The notes: a model not told the origin generated them from the letters alone. Shown: positions 10,581 to 23,310, counted from the first letter of the stretch. The stretch is 64,000 nucleotides of DNA from Candidatus Omnitrophota bacterium (GCA_003598025.1 QZKH01000009.1:896-64895); one strand, 5' to 3'. Numbers and translations: made by a program.

Positions 10581-12129
10581 CCCGATGGTAACCCTGCAAC
10601 GATTTCACGCCCAGCTTCTTATTGAGTATCGTCTCTATACCGTTTACTGTGGCCTGAGCGCCTGATATTGTAGTGGTATAAGCAATATTATAATGAATGA
10701 CATGCGATCTGATTTTTACCTCGTCTTTTCTCGGCATTCTTCCGGAAGGCGTATTTATTACAAGCTGTATTTTATTGTCTTTCATCAAGTCCAATATATT
10801 TGGCCTGCCTTCAGCTATTTTGTAAAGCACCTTCACGGCAATACCGCCCCGTTTCAATATTTGAGCTGTCCCGATGGTAGCAAATATATTAAATCCGAGT
10901 ATCTTTAATTTTCTGGCAATGGGGACTATCGCAGTTTTATCTTTATCCCTGACTGAAATAAAGACATTCCCTTTACCCGGAAGGTTCTGGCCTGCGGCAA
11001 GCTGACTTTTAATATAAGCGCTTCCAAAATCATTATCTATGCCCATAACTTCGCCTGTTGACTTCATTTCCGGGCCCAAAGCAATATCAACTCCAGGGAA
11101 ACGGTTAAAAGGGAATACCGATTCTTTTACTGCTACATGCCTCGGGATAATTTCTTTAGTAAAGCCCATATCTTTTAATGAAGAACCAACCATAATTTTT
11201 GTAGCCAGCTTAGCTAAAGGAATACCTATCGCCTTGGAGACAAAAGGCACCGTCCTGGATGCGCGGGGATTTACCTCCAGGACAAAAACCTTTGAATCTT
11301 TAACGGCATATTGCACATTCATCAGGCCTACTATTTTTAATTCTTTTGCCATCTTATATGTAGCTTCACGGATTTGGCTTAACACAGACGGTGACAGGCT
11401 AAATGATGGGATGGCCATCGCAGAATCACCTGAATGGATACCCGCTTCTTCTATATGCTCCATTATTCCGCCGATAACAAAATCCTTCCCGTCACCGATC
11501 AAGTCAACATCAACCTCAAGCGCATCCTCTAAGAATTTATCTATAAGTATGGGGTGCTCACCGGAAACCTTGGCCGCTTCTTTTATAAACACCTCTAACG
11601 TGCTTTCTTCGTATACAATTTCCATTGCACGACCGCCCAATACGTATGATGGCCTTACCAGAACAGGATAGCCTATTTTACGCGCCACTTCCCTTGCCTC
11701 AATAAAATTAAATGCTGTTCCGTTCTCCGGCTGCACGATGCCCAATTTTTTTAACATCTGCTGAAATCGCTTCCTATCCTCAGCTATATCTATACTATCT
11801 GCGCTGGTACCAAGTAAATTCACGCCCGATTCTCTCAAAGAAACAGCTAAATTTAAAGGGGTTTGCCCTCCGAACTGGACGATTACACCCATAGGCTTTT
11901 CAATCTCAATGATATTGGATATATCCTCAAAGGTCAGCGGCTCAAAGTAGAGCTTATCTGATGTATCGTAATCCGTAGATACTGTTTCGGGATTGCAATT
12001 GACCATTATGCTTTTTATGCCCTCTTCTTTGAGCGCAAAAGCAGCATGGCAACAACAATAATCAAATTCAATACCCTGACCAATTCTATTAGGGCCTCCG
12101 CCTAAAATAATAACTCTCTTCTCTTTCAT
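10543..12129 (-). CDS. carB: carbamoyl-phosphate synthase large subunit, C-terminal half only (second ATP-grasp plus MGS-like domain)
   Basis: 528 aa. Begins [21 protein letters not shown], the start of the second CarB repeat. Ends with the MGS-like regulatory domain. Confidence 0.8.
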   Translation of the reverse strand: MKEKRVIILGGGPNRIGQGIEFDYCCCHAAFALKEEGIKSIMVNCNPETVSTDYDTSDKLYFEPLTFEDISNIIEIEKPMGVIVQFGGQTPLNLAVSLRESGVNLLGTSADSIDIAEDRKRFQQMLKKLGIVQPENGTAFNFIEAREVARKIGYPVLVRPSYVLGGRAMEIVYEESTLEVFIKEAAKVSGEHPILIDKFLEDALEVDVDLIGDGKDFVIGGIMEHIEEAGIHSGDSAMAIPSFSLSPSVLSQIREATYKMAKELKIVGLMNVQYAVKDSKVFVLEVNPRASRTVPFVSKAIGIPLAKLATKIMVGSSLKDMGFTKEIIPRHVAVKESVFPFNRFPGVDIALGPEMKSTGEVMGIDNDFGSAYIKSQLAAGQNLPGKGNVFISVRDKDKTAIVPIARKLKILGFNIFATIGTAQILKRGGIAVKVLYKIAEGRPNILDLMKDNKIQLVINTPSGRMPRKDEVKIRSHVIHYNIAYTTTISGAQATVNGIETILNKKLGVKSLQGYHRDAKVGKTKHKNK

Positions 12130-12130
12130 A

Positions 12131-12583
12131 TCATTTTAACCTTTTCTTAACCTCTGATATTGCCTGAGTTATACTATCAACGCTTATAACTCCGGGTATA
12201 TCCCAAGAGCCGAGGCTGATTACAGGAATGCCGAACTGTAAACAATAGGCTATTTCCGATAAAGTCCCTGCTTCCCCGGGAAGAGCTATCACAATATCCG
12301 CACTCTTAACTACTAATACATTTCTGGCTAAGCCTAACCCTGTAGGTATAACAATATCTATGAATTTGTTAGCGTCGTTCTTTTTGTAACTCGGTATAAT
12401 ACCTATAGTTATACCATTTCCCTCTTTGAATCCCTTATTAACTGCTTCCATTACTCCACTTAAGCCGCCAGAAACCAAAATATCAACCACTTTAGCCAAA
12501 TTTTTACCTAAATTAAGGGCTAAACACTCCACCCTGCTATTACTTTTGTGCCCACCTATTACCGCGATAACCTTTTTTTGCAT
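12131..12583 (-). CDS. TIGR00725/LOG-like Rossmann-fold nucleotide-binding protein
   Basis: 150 aa, VIAVIGG...[10 protein letters not shown]...[11 protein letters not shown] pattern of the SLOG/LOG family. Confidence 0.55.
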   Translation of the reverse strand: MQKKVIAVIGGHKSNSRVECLALNLGKNLAKVVDILVSGGLSGVMEAVNKGFKEGNGITIGIIPSYKKNDANKFIDIVIPTGLGLARNVLVVKSADIVIALPGEAGTLSEIAYCLQFGIPVISLGSWDIPGVISVDSITQAISEVKKRLK

Positions 12584-12625
12584 ATGCTTATTCCTTGTGT
12601 TAAGCTTTCAGCTCTTTTAAGCTCG

Positions 12626-12697
12626 TGCGCCTGGGCCGAATCGAACGGCCACACATGGCTCCGGAGGCCATTGCGCTATCCGTTGCGCTACAGGCGC
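12626..12697 (-). tRNA. tRNA-Arg (anticodon CCG)
   Basis: Reverse complement folds as a cloverleaf: acceptor GCGCCTG/CAGGCGC, anticodon stem ATGGC/GCCAT with loop CTCCGGA, T arm GGCCG-TTCGATT-CGGCC. CCA not encoded. Confidence 0.75.
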
Positions 12698-12738
12698 TCA
12701 ATACTTGCCAAAACGACAAATCTAGCTGCAGAATTATT

Positions 12739-13020
12739 TCAATAAGCGCTCTCTGCGTAAATATCGTAGCGAGAAATCTGCGGGACTATTTGAAAGCTTA
12801 ATTCACCCAATCTGGCTTCAAAAGTCTTGGTTTTGCCTACTGGAAAATTCTTTATCTTGAGCATGGCAGTACCTACCGGGACGTTACCAATAAATACTAC
12901 GATTCGGAAAACCACAGAGCTAAAATTCTTCCCTGAATCATTGGTAATCTCACCTGTAATAAGCAGCCAATTTTCCTGCTCATGTTTCTTAAAATGGATA
13001 TTGGTGTAAGTAAATCTCAT
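12739..13020 (-). CDS. hypothetical small protein
   Basis: 93 aa ORF with no recognisable motifs. Between tRNA-Arg and the PHP-domain gene. Confidence 0.3.
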   Translation of the reverse strand: MRFTYTNIHFKKHEQENWLLITGEITNDSGKNFSSVVFRIVVFIGNVPVGTAMLKIKNFPVGKTKTFEARLGELSFQIVPQISRYDIYAESAY

Positions 13021-13030
13021 TATCTGGTTG

Positions 13031-14266
13031 CTAGAATAAACTCAGTTGTTCTTCGTCTTTTTCTTTATGTTCCTGGTTAAAAACTTTTATTACTCCATAC
13101 TCTCCGTCAAAACCGGCTTTAACATTGACCTTGCCCTCACGCATCCGGATTATCCCCTCAGAGATACGGCCGGGCAACCTTTCTTTAAGCTCCTGGGTGC
13201 TTGCCTTTAATAATACATTGAATTCGCTGCCGAATTTGGAAATAATACCCATAAATTCCTTTTCTACAGCTTGTGATGTTTTAGAGACATTTTTCGTTTC
13301 TGCTATAATCTCATCCAGAGGGATAAGATTTTTATATGGGATAGAATTCTCAGGCACATATCCAAGCGGCCTATCTGCAAGCTGCTCAACCCTGTTCATA
13401 ACACCTACTGTTACCTGCTTTCCGCATTTAGGGCATTTGCCCTTATTCTTCCTCGTTTCTTCGGGAGAAAGCCTTACATCACACAATCTATGGCCGTCGA
13501 AATGATACTTTCCTTCTTCGGGGAAAAATTCAATAGTGTATAAAAGCTTTTTCTTGTCTTTATTTTTTAACGTGTCCCTTATCTCCTGATAGCTAAGGCC
13601 GCAATCAAAGACATTCGCCTCGCGCCCGATTTTTGAAGGAGAATGGGAATCGCTATTAGAAATAAGGGTAAATGGATCTAATGCGCTCAGCCTCCAATTC
13701 ATCGCCGGGTCGCTGGAAAGGCCTGTTTCCAATGCGAATATTTTGCCTGTCTGGTCCTCAAAACAATCCTCTATACGGTCAAACCCAGACATCGATCCAA
13801 AAAGAGAAAACCATGGGGTCCAGATATGTCCCGGCACGATCATACAGCTTTCGTCTATATCAAAAACTATCTCGGCCAAGTCCCTTGCGTCTATGCCTAA
13901 TATCGGGCGGCCGTCACTGGCAATATTGCCTCTTTTGCCCAAGGCAGAGTTTATCTTATCTGTTGTTTTAAAAGACGGTGAAATTATAAGGTTGTGTATC
14001 CTGTAAGTCTTACCCTTCTTTGAATAAATGCTGCTTACTTCTGACGTGAGTATAAAATGTATTCCCTTGTGTATAAAAAGCCCATTGCCCAAATCCTCGA
14101 GCTTGCCTTTAAGCTCCTCAAGCCACAAATGATGAGTAAAATCTCCTGTACCCATCAAGGCTATACCTTTAAGCTTAGCCCACTGGCTAATATGCTCGAT
14201 ATCCATATCTCTTGACGTGGCACGGGAGTATTTTGAATGAATATGAAAATCAGCTATAAATTCCAT
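13031..14266 (-). CDS. PHP-domain protein with C-terminal zinc ribbon (endonuclease Q-like / TIGR00375 family)
   Basis: N-terminal ADFHIHSKYS histidinol-phosphatase-type metal motif. CPKCGK zinc ribbon. 411 aa. Confidence 0.5.
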   Translation of the reverse strand: MEFIADFHIHSKYSRATSRDMDIEHISQWAKLKGIALMGTGDFTHHLWLEELKGKLEDLGNGLFIHKGIHFILTSEVSSIYSKKGKTYRIHNLIISPSFKTTDKINSALGKRGNIASDGRPILGIDARDLAEIVFDIDESCMIVPGHIWTPWFSLFGSMSGFDRIEDCFEDQTGKIFALETGLSSDPAMNWRLSALDPFTLISNSDSHSPSKIGREANVFDCGLSYQEIRDTLKNKDKKKLLYTIEFFPEEGKYHFDGHRLCDVRLSPEETRKNKGKCPKCGKQVTVGVMNRVEQLADRPLGYVPENSIPYKNLIPLDEIIAETKNVSKTSQAVEKEFMGIISKFGSEFNVLLKASTQELKERLPGRISEGIIRMREGKVNVKAGFDGEYGVIKVFNQEHKEKDEEQLSLF

Positions 14267-15583
14267 GACTTTCTTATAATCATATCAGAATTAAAAACAA
14301 TATTCAACCGCTTAAACAGGTATTAGCCCTTTGAATAAACAATGCTGCCCTTGCAAATAGTGTATTCAACCAACCCAAATAACTTTTTGTTAATAAACGG
14401 GGAATTTTTTGATTTTGACAGGAAAAATTCTTTTTCAACAACCCATTCTGTTTCAGGAGATACTATAGCGATATCTGCATCTTCTCCCTCTTTTACAAGG
14501 CCTTTTTTTAGCCCCAAAACCCTGGCTGGGTTAACGGTTAATTTCATTAATAACTGCGGCCAGTCTAAAATCTTGGTTTTTACCAATTCAGTATAGGAAA
14601 CGGCTAATAAGGTCTCAAGGCCGATAACGCCAAAAGCAGCCCGCTCAAATTCGATCTCTTTTTCATTTTCTGTATGGGGAGCGTGGTCCGAAGCGATAAT
14701 GTCTATTATACCTTCCTTTAAAGCTCCCCTTAATGCAAGAAGGTCTTCTTTTCTGCGTAATGGCGGGTTCATCTTCATGTTTGTATCAAAACCCTCCACC
14801 GCGCTTTCATCCAAAGTAAAATAGTGCGGCGCTGTTTCTGCTGTAATGTTGACGCCAGTTTTTTTGGCCTCAGCGATTAACTCAATAGATTCTTTAGAGC
14901 TCACATGGGCAATATGAATATGGGAGCCGCTTTTCTTAGCTAAATTTATATCCCTGCTGACTCTTTTATATTCCGATTCCCTCGAAATGCCTCTTAACCC
15001 GAGCTTTGTCGAATAAAAACCCGCGTTAATGACTCCTCCCGCAGAAAGGCTTAAGTCTTCGCAATGGCATATCACCGGGACTCCGGCTTTTTTTGCAGCC
15101 TTAAAAGCGCTGAACATAACATTATCGTCATCGACTGAATTGCCGTCTTCAGAAATAGCTAAAGCTCCGCTTTTTTTTAGTGCCGCGATATCCACAAGCT
15201 CTTTGCCTTTTCGTTCTTTGGTAATAGCTCCGCAAATAAACACATTTACATTGGCAGTTTTCTGAATTATGTCTTTAAGCAATTTTATATTGCCGGCTGA
15301 GTCCATAGCCGGATCAGTATTGGGCATGGCTAATACTGAAGTTACCCCGCCCTTGGCTGCTGCCAGTGTACCGCTTTGCACTGTTTCCTTATCTTCTCTG
15401 CCGGGCTCCCTTAGGTGGACATGCATATCGATAAGGCCGGGCACCGCTATTTTATTGGCAGCATCGATAATTTTGGGCGCGCCTGCCTTGATATTTTTCC
15501 CGATTTTTAAAATCTTTGAGCCGTCGATAAGGATATCTGCTATCTGGTCAAGTTTATCGGCAGGACTTATAATTCTTGCGTCC

Positions 15584-17090
<1,507 letters not shown>

Positions 17091-17220
17091 TTATAACACC
17101 CGGCGTAAAAGCACCTTGGCATAAAGGATTGCCAAGTACGCCCCTGCTGGGCAGGATTGCCGGTGGCGCAGAAAGCGCATACTTGCCAATCATTTTTGGC
17201 AAGGCATGTGTTGCTTTCTG

Positions 17221-17261
17221 CAACAAAAAACCCTTGGCTGGCTTTTTGCCTATTCCAAGGG
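17221..17261 (-). terminator. intrinsic terminator/attenuator hairpin in pyrR leader
   Basis: On the minus strand, CCCTTGGAATAGGCAAAAAGCCAGCCAAGGG followed by TTTTTTG. Lies about 150 nt upstream of the pyrR start and downstream of the promoter at 17352-17380. Confidence 0.5.
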
Positions 17262-17351
17262 TATCTTTTTTTATTTTTAATTATTTTTCCCATTTTATTT
17301 ACCTTGCCAGCTTCTCAGAGCCGGCTTAAAGGTCAGTATTTATTTTATTAA

Positions 17352-17380
17352 ATATACCATGCACATAAGGCAATGTCAAG
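17352..17380 (-). promoter_or_regulatory. sigma70-like promoter for the pyrR operon (TTGACA-17 nt-TATATT)
   Basis: The reverse complement reads TCTTGACATTGCCTTATGTGCATGGTATATTT. The -35 (17375-17380) and -10 (17352-17357) hexamers have 17-nt spacing. Confidence 0.5.
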
Positions 17381-17448
17381 ACAATAAATTAATTCGTAGT
17401 TCTTAGTTCATTGTTCGTGGATTTGGTGATTGGGGTTTTGGATTTACA

Positions 17449-17512
17449 AAAAGGGGCGTTTTTGTTTAGGATACTTGTTCTTCCGGCTGATAAACCTGGA
17501 AGGAAACGCCCC
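17449..17512 (-). terminator. structured terminator after the 1029-aa gene
   Basis: On the minus strand, GGGGGGCGTTTCC...(inner hairpin CTTCC..GGAAG)...AAAACGCCCC followed by TTTTTGT. Confidence 0.4.
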
Positions 17513-17525
17513 CCATTAAAATCAA

Positions 17526-20500
17526 TTACTCAATTGTATTCTGCAGCTGCGTTTCAGCATTTTCTGACTCAAGTAAGCTTAACAGATCATTCAATTCCTG
17601 CGCCGAAGGAATACCTTTTGACTCCTGAAGCCGCATTATCTGCGCTATACAATTTATGGCATTGCTTCTGCCTGCGGCGAACTCTCCCCTTTTTGCACTT
17701 GCCAAAATGTAATCTTTTATCCTCTGGACAGACGGGATAATACCCCCGTTAATCATGTCTTCCAATTGCTGAGACTCTTTATCTTTTTTATAATATACTC
17801 TGTTATTGGTATTCCGGCTCTGCTTATATTCGGATATTGTTATCGGCAAATTCCTAAAATCAATACCTCCTATATTATAATCATTAGCGTCTTCTATCGG
17901 GCTGGAAGAAGTAAAATCTATAGTTGCGGGAGAAGGCTGGACATTCTTTGTTAATACAGTCCAGTCCGAAGCAGCATCAATATACCTGCTCGTAAACGAA
18001 GGGAACTCTTCCACTATAACCTGGTTCTCTATACCGTCTTCGCCGGCAAAGAGCTTCTCCTCAACGATTAATTTACCGCTATCCGGGTTTAATACGCGCT
18101 CAATTTCACCTATGGCCTGCCTGAATTTATCTTGATCCCTAAAATAAACCAATACTCCGGATTCAAATATAACATCAAAATAGCCTGAGGCAAAAGGCAG
18201 GTGCTTAACATCGGCGGCTGCTACAAAAACACCATTCTGCATCCCAGAATTAGCCAGGCCTAAATCTATAGCAAAAGATTCTATACTATCCCCGTATTTT
18301 TCTTTGAGCTTTCCCGAGGCAACAGCATGCGGGCCGGAGCCTATCTCCAGCACCCTGACTTTATTACCGCCCTTTTCTGTCAGCCTATTATCAATTGTAC
18401 TAAAAATGTCTTCGGGAAGCCTGCCTCTGTCGCTTAGATCCGGATTCTGCGCATGGAATACCTGCCATAATGCCCTTTCTTCTTCATCGTTAAGGGCTAG
18501 ATCCGTAGTCATTGATAATGCGCCCATTGTGTCGTAATCAATAACCCCTTGTTCAAATTTTTCCCTGATTTCGGCCGGCCAAGAACCGTAATAACGGCTG
18601 GCCTTACCTCTAACCCGCCGGATAATCTCCATCGGGCTGGACGCTTTCTTTTCTAATACTACAAAAGCGGTTGGGAACAATAGTGTTTTTTCGCCATATT
18701 TTATAAATATATCTTCCCTAGGCGTTAACGAATCCCTGCTTACCGGCAAACGCACAAATCCAGAACTTTCAGCAATGCTCTCTAATGGCAGGTCGCTCTT
18801 ATCTAAAATAAGCACTTTGTCGCCTTCGCGCAATACCTGAGTAAATAAATACTCTAAAATCTCCCGGGCCCTGTCTTGATTCCCCTGCCCTGCAAATCTA
18901 TTAAAACCCTTAAGTATGAGTACGTAAGGATTTTCTCTCCCGTCTATAAGCAGGTTGCGATAGCTGGCACTATTCAAAGCATCCTGTCTTTTATCCAAAG
19001 CACCTGCTCTACTGATGCGCTCTATTTGAGATGTATCCAGGTCTAATGCCGCCACCTTAAGGTTCAACATCCCCGGTATGCTTAGGTCTGTTAGGTCGTC
19101 ATTAATAGCCTGGGTTTGGCCGACCGCATCCACAATAAGGTCCAGGCCTCTTAAAGGATAAATATAAGTCGGCCGGGATTTTGACCATTCATTAAAAGAC
19201 TGCAACAATTCATAATAAGCCTTGTTTATTGCTGATATTCTTTCGATACCGCTAAGCAATAAGGATCTTGCGCCTGCTGGAAAATCATCTGTAATTCTGG
19301 CAATGCCTTCCTCATAAAACCTCAGCGAGCTATCAAACGCCAGATCACTCACAGGGGAAGAAACGCCGTCAGCAATTCCTTGGGCATCAATCTCGGGAGA
19401 CTGAACAATATTAATTGTGACTTTAAAAGGATCCAGTCGGTCTAGGCTTACGGGTACAGCCTCTGCGGCTATAAGATAATCGGCAAATGGCAACGTCTGT
19501 GGCGTAGCTGCATCAATTATACGCATCTTTGTATCTTCTGCTAACGTCGTGGTGCCAAGAACCTGTTCTGAGGGGGCCATAAAAACAACATTATTAAGCG
19601 CTATGCCCCCGGAAAAATATGTCCTCACACTTTGTCCATATGCCGTAAATACGGGTTCCTTTAAGTTATATTCGCCTGATTCAAAAGATTTCTTATATTC
19701 ATTAAAGTAATAAGCGCTATCCCATGCTTTTTCAGAAGTCAATCCTGTGAGGTTGCCTTTGTCTACTAATGCCGGATAAAAACTGCTGCTTCCCGCATAT
19801 CTTGCCTTGAACCACTGGGCTAATATCAAAGAGTTATATACCCGACGAAGTAAAGAGTATCTTTTGGCTGTATTTACATCTTTTATCAATTCCGGGATTA
19901 TAAACTGGCGCATCAGTTCAGATGCATATTCATTTAAAGCCTTGAGTTTTGGATCGTCAAATTTATAGTTGTCTGAGTCTTTAAGGAAATCTTGTTCCAG
20001 CATGACTTTTAAAGAAGCCTTATAAATATAAGCATTATTGCCCGCCTGGCGTATGATTATCTCGTCCGGCACAATCCAGGGCCTGGCCAGGGTCGGGATA
20101 TTTAAATTTTGGTTTCCAAAAATCTCTCCTGCTTTTTTATAAAGCTTATCCCAGTATTGTCTGCCTGTTTTCGTTGCTGGAGAAGTATATTTAGCCGTAT
20201 CTTTCTTAAGCTGTAGGTCTGCCTCTAAAAGCACTTTTCCGAAATCTGTCTTTGCGAGGTTGTCGTCTATTGTGACCTGGCTGGCATCGGGGCGGAGATT
20301 AACCCAAAAAGACTCTTTGGGCAGGCTTAATGCAATAAAGAAAAATTGAAGTATGTTTTCTACGGAATTACTGCTTAAATCCTGCTCATCCCCCTTATCG
20401 ATAAAAACCTTGAAATTATTAGTCGCGCTGTCATATTCAAGATAGCGCAGGCTGGCTGGGCGGAATGATTCTTGAGATAAAGAGTTGCGCAGACCTGATA

Positions 20501-20615
20501 TAATCCCAGAGAAATCTACTTGAGGCAAAATCTGCGCAAGCCCTAATTGGCTATAGATAAAAACAAGGGCGATTAAAATTATAATGATTTTTTTATTTTT
20601 GCCTCGTATCTGCAT
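17526..20615 (-). CDS. large signal-peptide protein with embedded class I SAM-dependent methyltransferase domain
   Basis: 1029 aa. N-terminal MQIRGKNKKIIIILIALVFIYSQLGLAQ signal/anchor. Residues about 730-840, VLEIGSGPH...FDVIFESGVLVYF...LNPDSGKLIV, form a Methyltransf_11-like fold. The remainder is unrecognisable. Confidence 0.6.
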   Translation of the reverse strand: MQIRGKNKKIIIILIALVFIYSQLGLAQILPQVDFSGIISGLRNSLSQESFRPASLRYLEYDSATNNFKVFIDKGDEQDLSSNSVENILQFFFIALSLPKESFWVNLRPDASQVTIDDNLAKTDFGKVLLEADLQLKKDTAKYTSPATKTGRQYWDKLYKKAGEIFGNQNLNIPTLARPWIVPDEIIIRQAGNNAYIYKASLKVMLEQDFLKDSDNYKFDDPKLKALNEYASELMRQFIIPELIKDVNTAKRYSLLRRVYNSLILAQWFKARYAGSSSFYPALVDKGNLTGLTSEKAWDSAYYFNEYKKSFESGEYNLKEPVFTAYGQSVRTYFSGGIALNNVVFMAPSEQVLGTTTLAEDTKMRIIDAATPQTLPFADYLIAAEAVPVSLDRLDPFKVTINIVQSPEIDAQGIADGVSSPVSDLAFDSSLRFYEEGIARITDDFPAGARSLLLSGIERISAINKAYYELLQSFNEWSKSRPTYIYPLRGLDLIVDAVGQTQAINDDLTDLSIPGMLNLKVAALDLDTSQIERISRAGALDKRQDALNSASYRNLLIDGRENPYVLILKGFNRFAGQGNQDRAREILEYLFTQVLREGDKVLILDKSDLPLESIAESSGFVRLPVSRDSLTPREDIFIKYGEKTLLFPTAFVVLEKKASSPMEIIRRVRGKASRYYGSWPAEIREKFEQGVIDYDTMGALSMTTDLALNDEEERALWQVFHAQNPDLSDRGRLPEDIFSTIDNRLTEKGGNKVRVLEIGSGPHAVASGKLKEKYGDSIESFAIDLGLANSGMQNGVFVAAADVKHLPFASGYFDVIFESGVLVYFRDQDKFRQAIGEIERVLNPDSGKLIVEEKLFAGEDGIENQVIVEEFPSFTSRYIDAASDWTVLTKNVQPSPATIDFTSSSPIEDANDYNIGGIDFRNLPITISEYKQSRNTNNRVYYKKDKESQQLEDMINGGIIPSVQRIKDYILASAKRGEFAAGRSNAINCIAQIMRLQESKGIPSAQELNDLLSLLESENAETQLQNTIE

Positions 20616-20760
20616 ATATTAAAATAGCTAAGGCTTCATTTCTTACTCGGAGAATTTATGCTCCCAAGACCATAAAAGGGGTGTTCATCAGCCATTATAT
20701 TAAATATAAATGATTTAAAGATATAATACAACAATTAATTAATCTTCAGAGAAAACGCTT

Positions 20761-21414
20761 TCAAATAACAACCACGAATTCTCCGCGGGGTTTATTTTGT
20801 TTGAAATGGCTCAATATGTATTCTGGAGAGCCCCTTATAATCTCTTCAAATTTCTTGGTGAGTTCTCTGGCTACCACTATATGCTTATCACCAAATATTT
20901 CATGGACATCTTTAATAGTGGCAAGTATCCTGTGGCAAGATTCATAAAATATTACAGTTCGCTTAAGGCCCGATAACTCTTTAAGGCGGTTGTGCCGGGA
21001 AATACTTTTATTCGGCAGAAATCCTTCGAATATAAAACTGTGCGCTGGCTTGCCGGACAGGACTAAAGCATTAATAAAAGCGGTGGGTCCGGGAATAACG
21101 GTAACGTTAATATTATTTTCGATCGCCAGATTTATTATATTATAGCCCGGGTCAAGGATGCCGGGAGTACCTGCATCAGAGACTAGAGCTACATCCTTTC
21201 CTTCTTTTAAAACCCTCAGCAAATATTGGCCCTTAATAAGTTTGTTGTGCTCAAAATAGCTTGTGGTCGGAGTAAGGATATGATATTGATCAAGGAGGAT
21301 TTTGGTATGTCTGGTATCTTCGCAAGCAATCAAATCTACAGATTTTAACACTTCGATGGCCCTAAAACTTACATCAGCCAGATTGCCTATTGGGGTAGAA
21401 ACAACATACAACAT
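20761..21414 (-). CDS. rsmI: 16S rRNA (cytidine1402-2'-O)-methyltransferase
   Basis: YVVSTPIGNLADVS...IACEDTRHT tetrapyrrole-methylase-like RsmI signature. Confidence 0.85.
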   Translation of the reverse strand: MLYVVSTPIGNLADVSFRAIEVLKSVDLIACEDTRHTKILLDQYHILTPTTSYFEHNKLIKGQYLLRVLKEGKDVALVSDAGTPGILDPGYNIINLAIENNINVTVIPGPTAFINALVLSGKPAHSFIFEGFLPNKSISRHNRLKELSGLKRTVIFYESCHRILATIKDVHEIFGDKHIVVARELTKKFEEIIRGSPEYILSHFKQNKPRGEFVVVI

Positions 21415-21474
21415 ATCTTATCCTTGGCTAGATAAATAGAGCCGGATTATTATTATCCGGGCTACAAATGATTG

Positions 21475-23310
21475 TTATTCTACCGTTACAGACTTGGCTA
21501 AATTACGTGGTTGGTCTACATCGCAGCCGCGCTTTGCAGCTATATGATAAGCCAATAATTGTAAAGGTAGTGCTACGGTAAGGGGAGAAAAAAGCTCTTC
21601 TGTTTTCGGAACCAATACCACGTCTTTAGTCATTTTGCCTATCTGATTGTCGCCTGCGCTGGCGATAGCTATTACCTTACCCCGGCGGCTTAAAATTTCC
21701 TGTATATTTGATACCATCTTATCGTAGACTTTAGACGCCGGAGTTATACAGACAACAGCCCTATATTCATCAATCAAGGCAATTGGCCCATGTTTCATTT
21801 CACCGGCAGCATAGCCTTCGGCAGGTATATAAGAAATTTCTTTTAATTTTAACGCGCCTTCAAGCGCAGAAGGGTAATTAAAACTCCGCCCCAAGAACAA
21901 GAATGAACCGAAGTTCGAATTCTTTTTAGCTATGCGCGCAATTTTATCCTGCCTGGATAATATTGCTCTCTGCATCCTGGGTATTTGTCTTAATTTTTCA
22001 ACATGCCTTTCTATCTGCGGCTTACTCAGAGTCCTTCTTTTGTCAGCGATATAAAAAGCCAGCAAGTATAAAATTACTAGCTGCGCAATATATGCTTTTG
22101 TAGAAGCCACGCCTATTTCGGGACCAGCATGGGTATATATTACGCCGTCGGACTCCCTGGTTAATGTAGATCCCAGGACATTGCATATAGATAAAATACT
22201 GGCGCCACGGTTCTTGGCCTCCCTTATACCTGCTAAAGTATCAGCTGTTTCACCGGATTGGCTTATAGCAATAACCAGAGAATCTTTATCAATAAGCAGG
22301 TCCCTGTAGCGGAACTCGCTAGAAACATCCACATTAACAGGTATTGCACATAATGATTCGATTATATATTTACCTACTATTCCGGCATGATATGCGGTTC
22401 CGCAGGCGACAATATTAATATTCTTTATATTTTTAAATTTCTCGGCTGGTATCTTCATCTCTTCAAAAACTATTCCCGAGCCGTGATCGATCCTGGAGTC
22501 AATCAAGTCTTCAACAATATGCGGTTGCTCATTGATCTCCTTAAGCATAAAATGTTTATACCCCTGCTTCTGGGCCTGATCAATACTCCAGTTTATCCTT
22601 ATAACCTTGGCCTGCTTTAGCTTGCCATCCAACCCCTTAATGGCATATTTATCATCCTCTAAAATAACCATCTCATTGTCATTCAAAAATATTATATCCT
22701 TGACCTTATCCAGAATAGCCGGGACGTCAGATGCCAAAAAGTTCTCGTCTTTACCAATGCCGACAACCAGAGGGCTGCCTAATCGCGCCCCGATTATTTT
22801 ACCAGGTTCTTTTTCAGAAATAACCGCTATAGCAAAAGAACCAACTATATTACCAAGCGCTTTCCTTACGGCTTCTTCTAAGGGCATAGATTTATAAAAT
22901 TTTTCAACAAGATGCACGATGGCTTCTGTATCGGTTTCGCTGGAAAAATGATGGCCTTCCTTACATAGCATGGTTCTTAACAAAGCATGATTCTCAATTA
23001 TGCCGTTATGGACAATGGCGATCTTATTACCGCAGTCACTATGGGGATGAGCATTAATCTTTGTGGGTGCGCCATGCGTTGCCCACCTTGTATGGGCTAT
23101 GCCGACCCTTCCTGGCAAAGGATGTTGGCTGATAATATTCTCAAGGTTTTTAATTTTACCTGGGGTTTTTTTAATCCGGATACAGTTGCTGGCAGGAGAG
23201 AGTATCGCTATCCCACTGGAATCATAACCTCTATATTCTAAGCGCTTTAAGCCATTTAGTAATATTGGCTGTGCCTGTTTCTGGCCAACATACCCTATTA
23301 TTCCGCACAT
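21475..23310 (-). CDS. glmS: glutamine--fructose-6-phosphate aminotransferase
   Basis: N-terminal MCGIIGYVG, SIS domains, C-terminal ...SVTVE. Confidence 0.9.
   Translation of the reverse strand: MCGIIGYVGQKQAQPILLNGLKRLEYRGYDSSGIAILSPASNCIRIKKTPGKIKNLENIISQHPLPGRVGIAHTRWATHGAPTKINAHPHSDCGNKIAIVHNGIIENHALLRTMLCKEGHHFSSETDTEAIVHLVEKFYKSMPLEEAVRKALGNIVGSFAIAVISEKEPGKIIGARLGSPLVVGIGKDENFLASDVPAILDKVKDIIFLNDNEMVILEDDKYAIKGLDGKLKQAKVIRINWSIDQAQKQGYKHFMLKEINEQPHIVEDLIDSRIDHGSGIVFEEMKIPAEKFKNIKNINIVACGTAYHAGIVGKYIIESLCAIPVNVDVSSEFRYRDLLIDKDSLVIAISQSGETADTLAGIREAKNRGASILSICNVLGSTLTRESDGVIYTHAGPEIGVASTKAYIAQLVILYLLAFYIADKRRTLSKPQIERHVEKLRQIPRMQRAILSRQDKIARIAKKNSNFGSFLFLGRSFNYPSALEGALKLKEISYIPAEGYAAGEMKHGPIALIDEYRAVVCITPASKVYDKMVSNIQEILSRRGKVIAIASAGDNQIGKMTKDVVLVPKTEELFSPLTVALPLQLLAYHIAAKRGCDVDQPRNLAKSVTVE

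Noticed and set aside
11039-11671. 210-aa plus-strand ORF
   Set aside because: Antisense shadow of the carB half.
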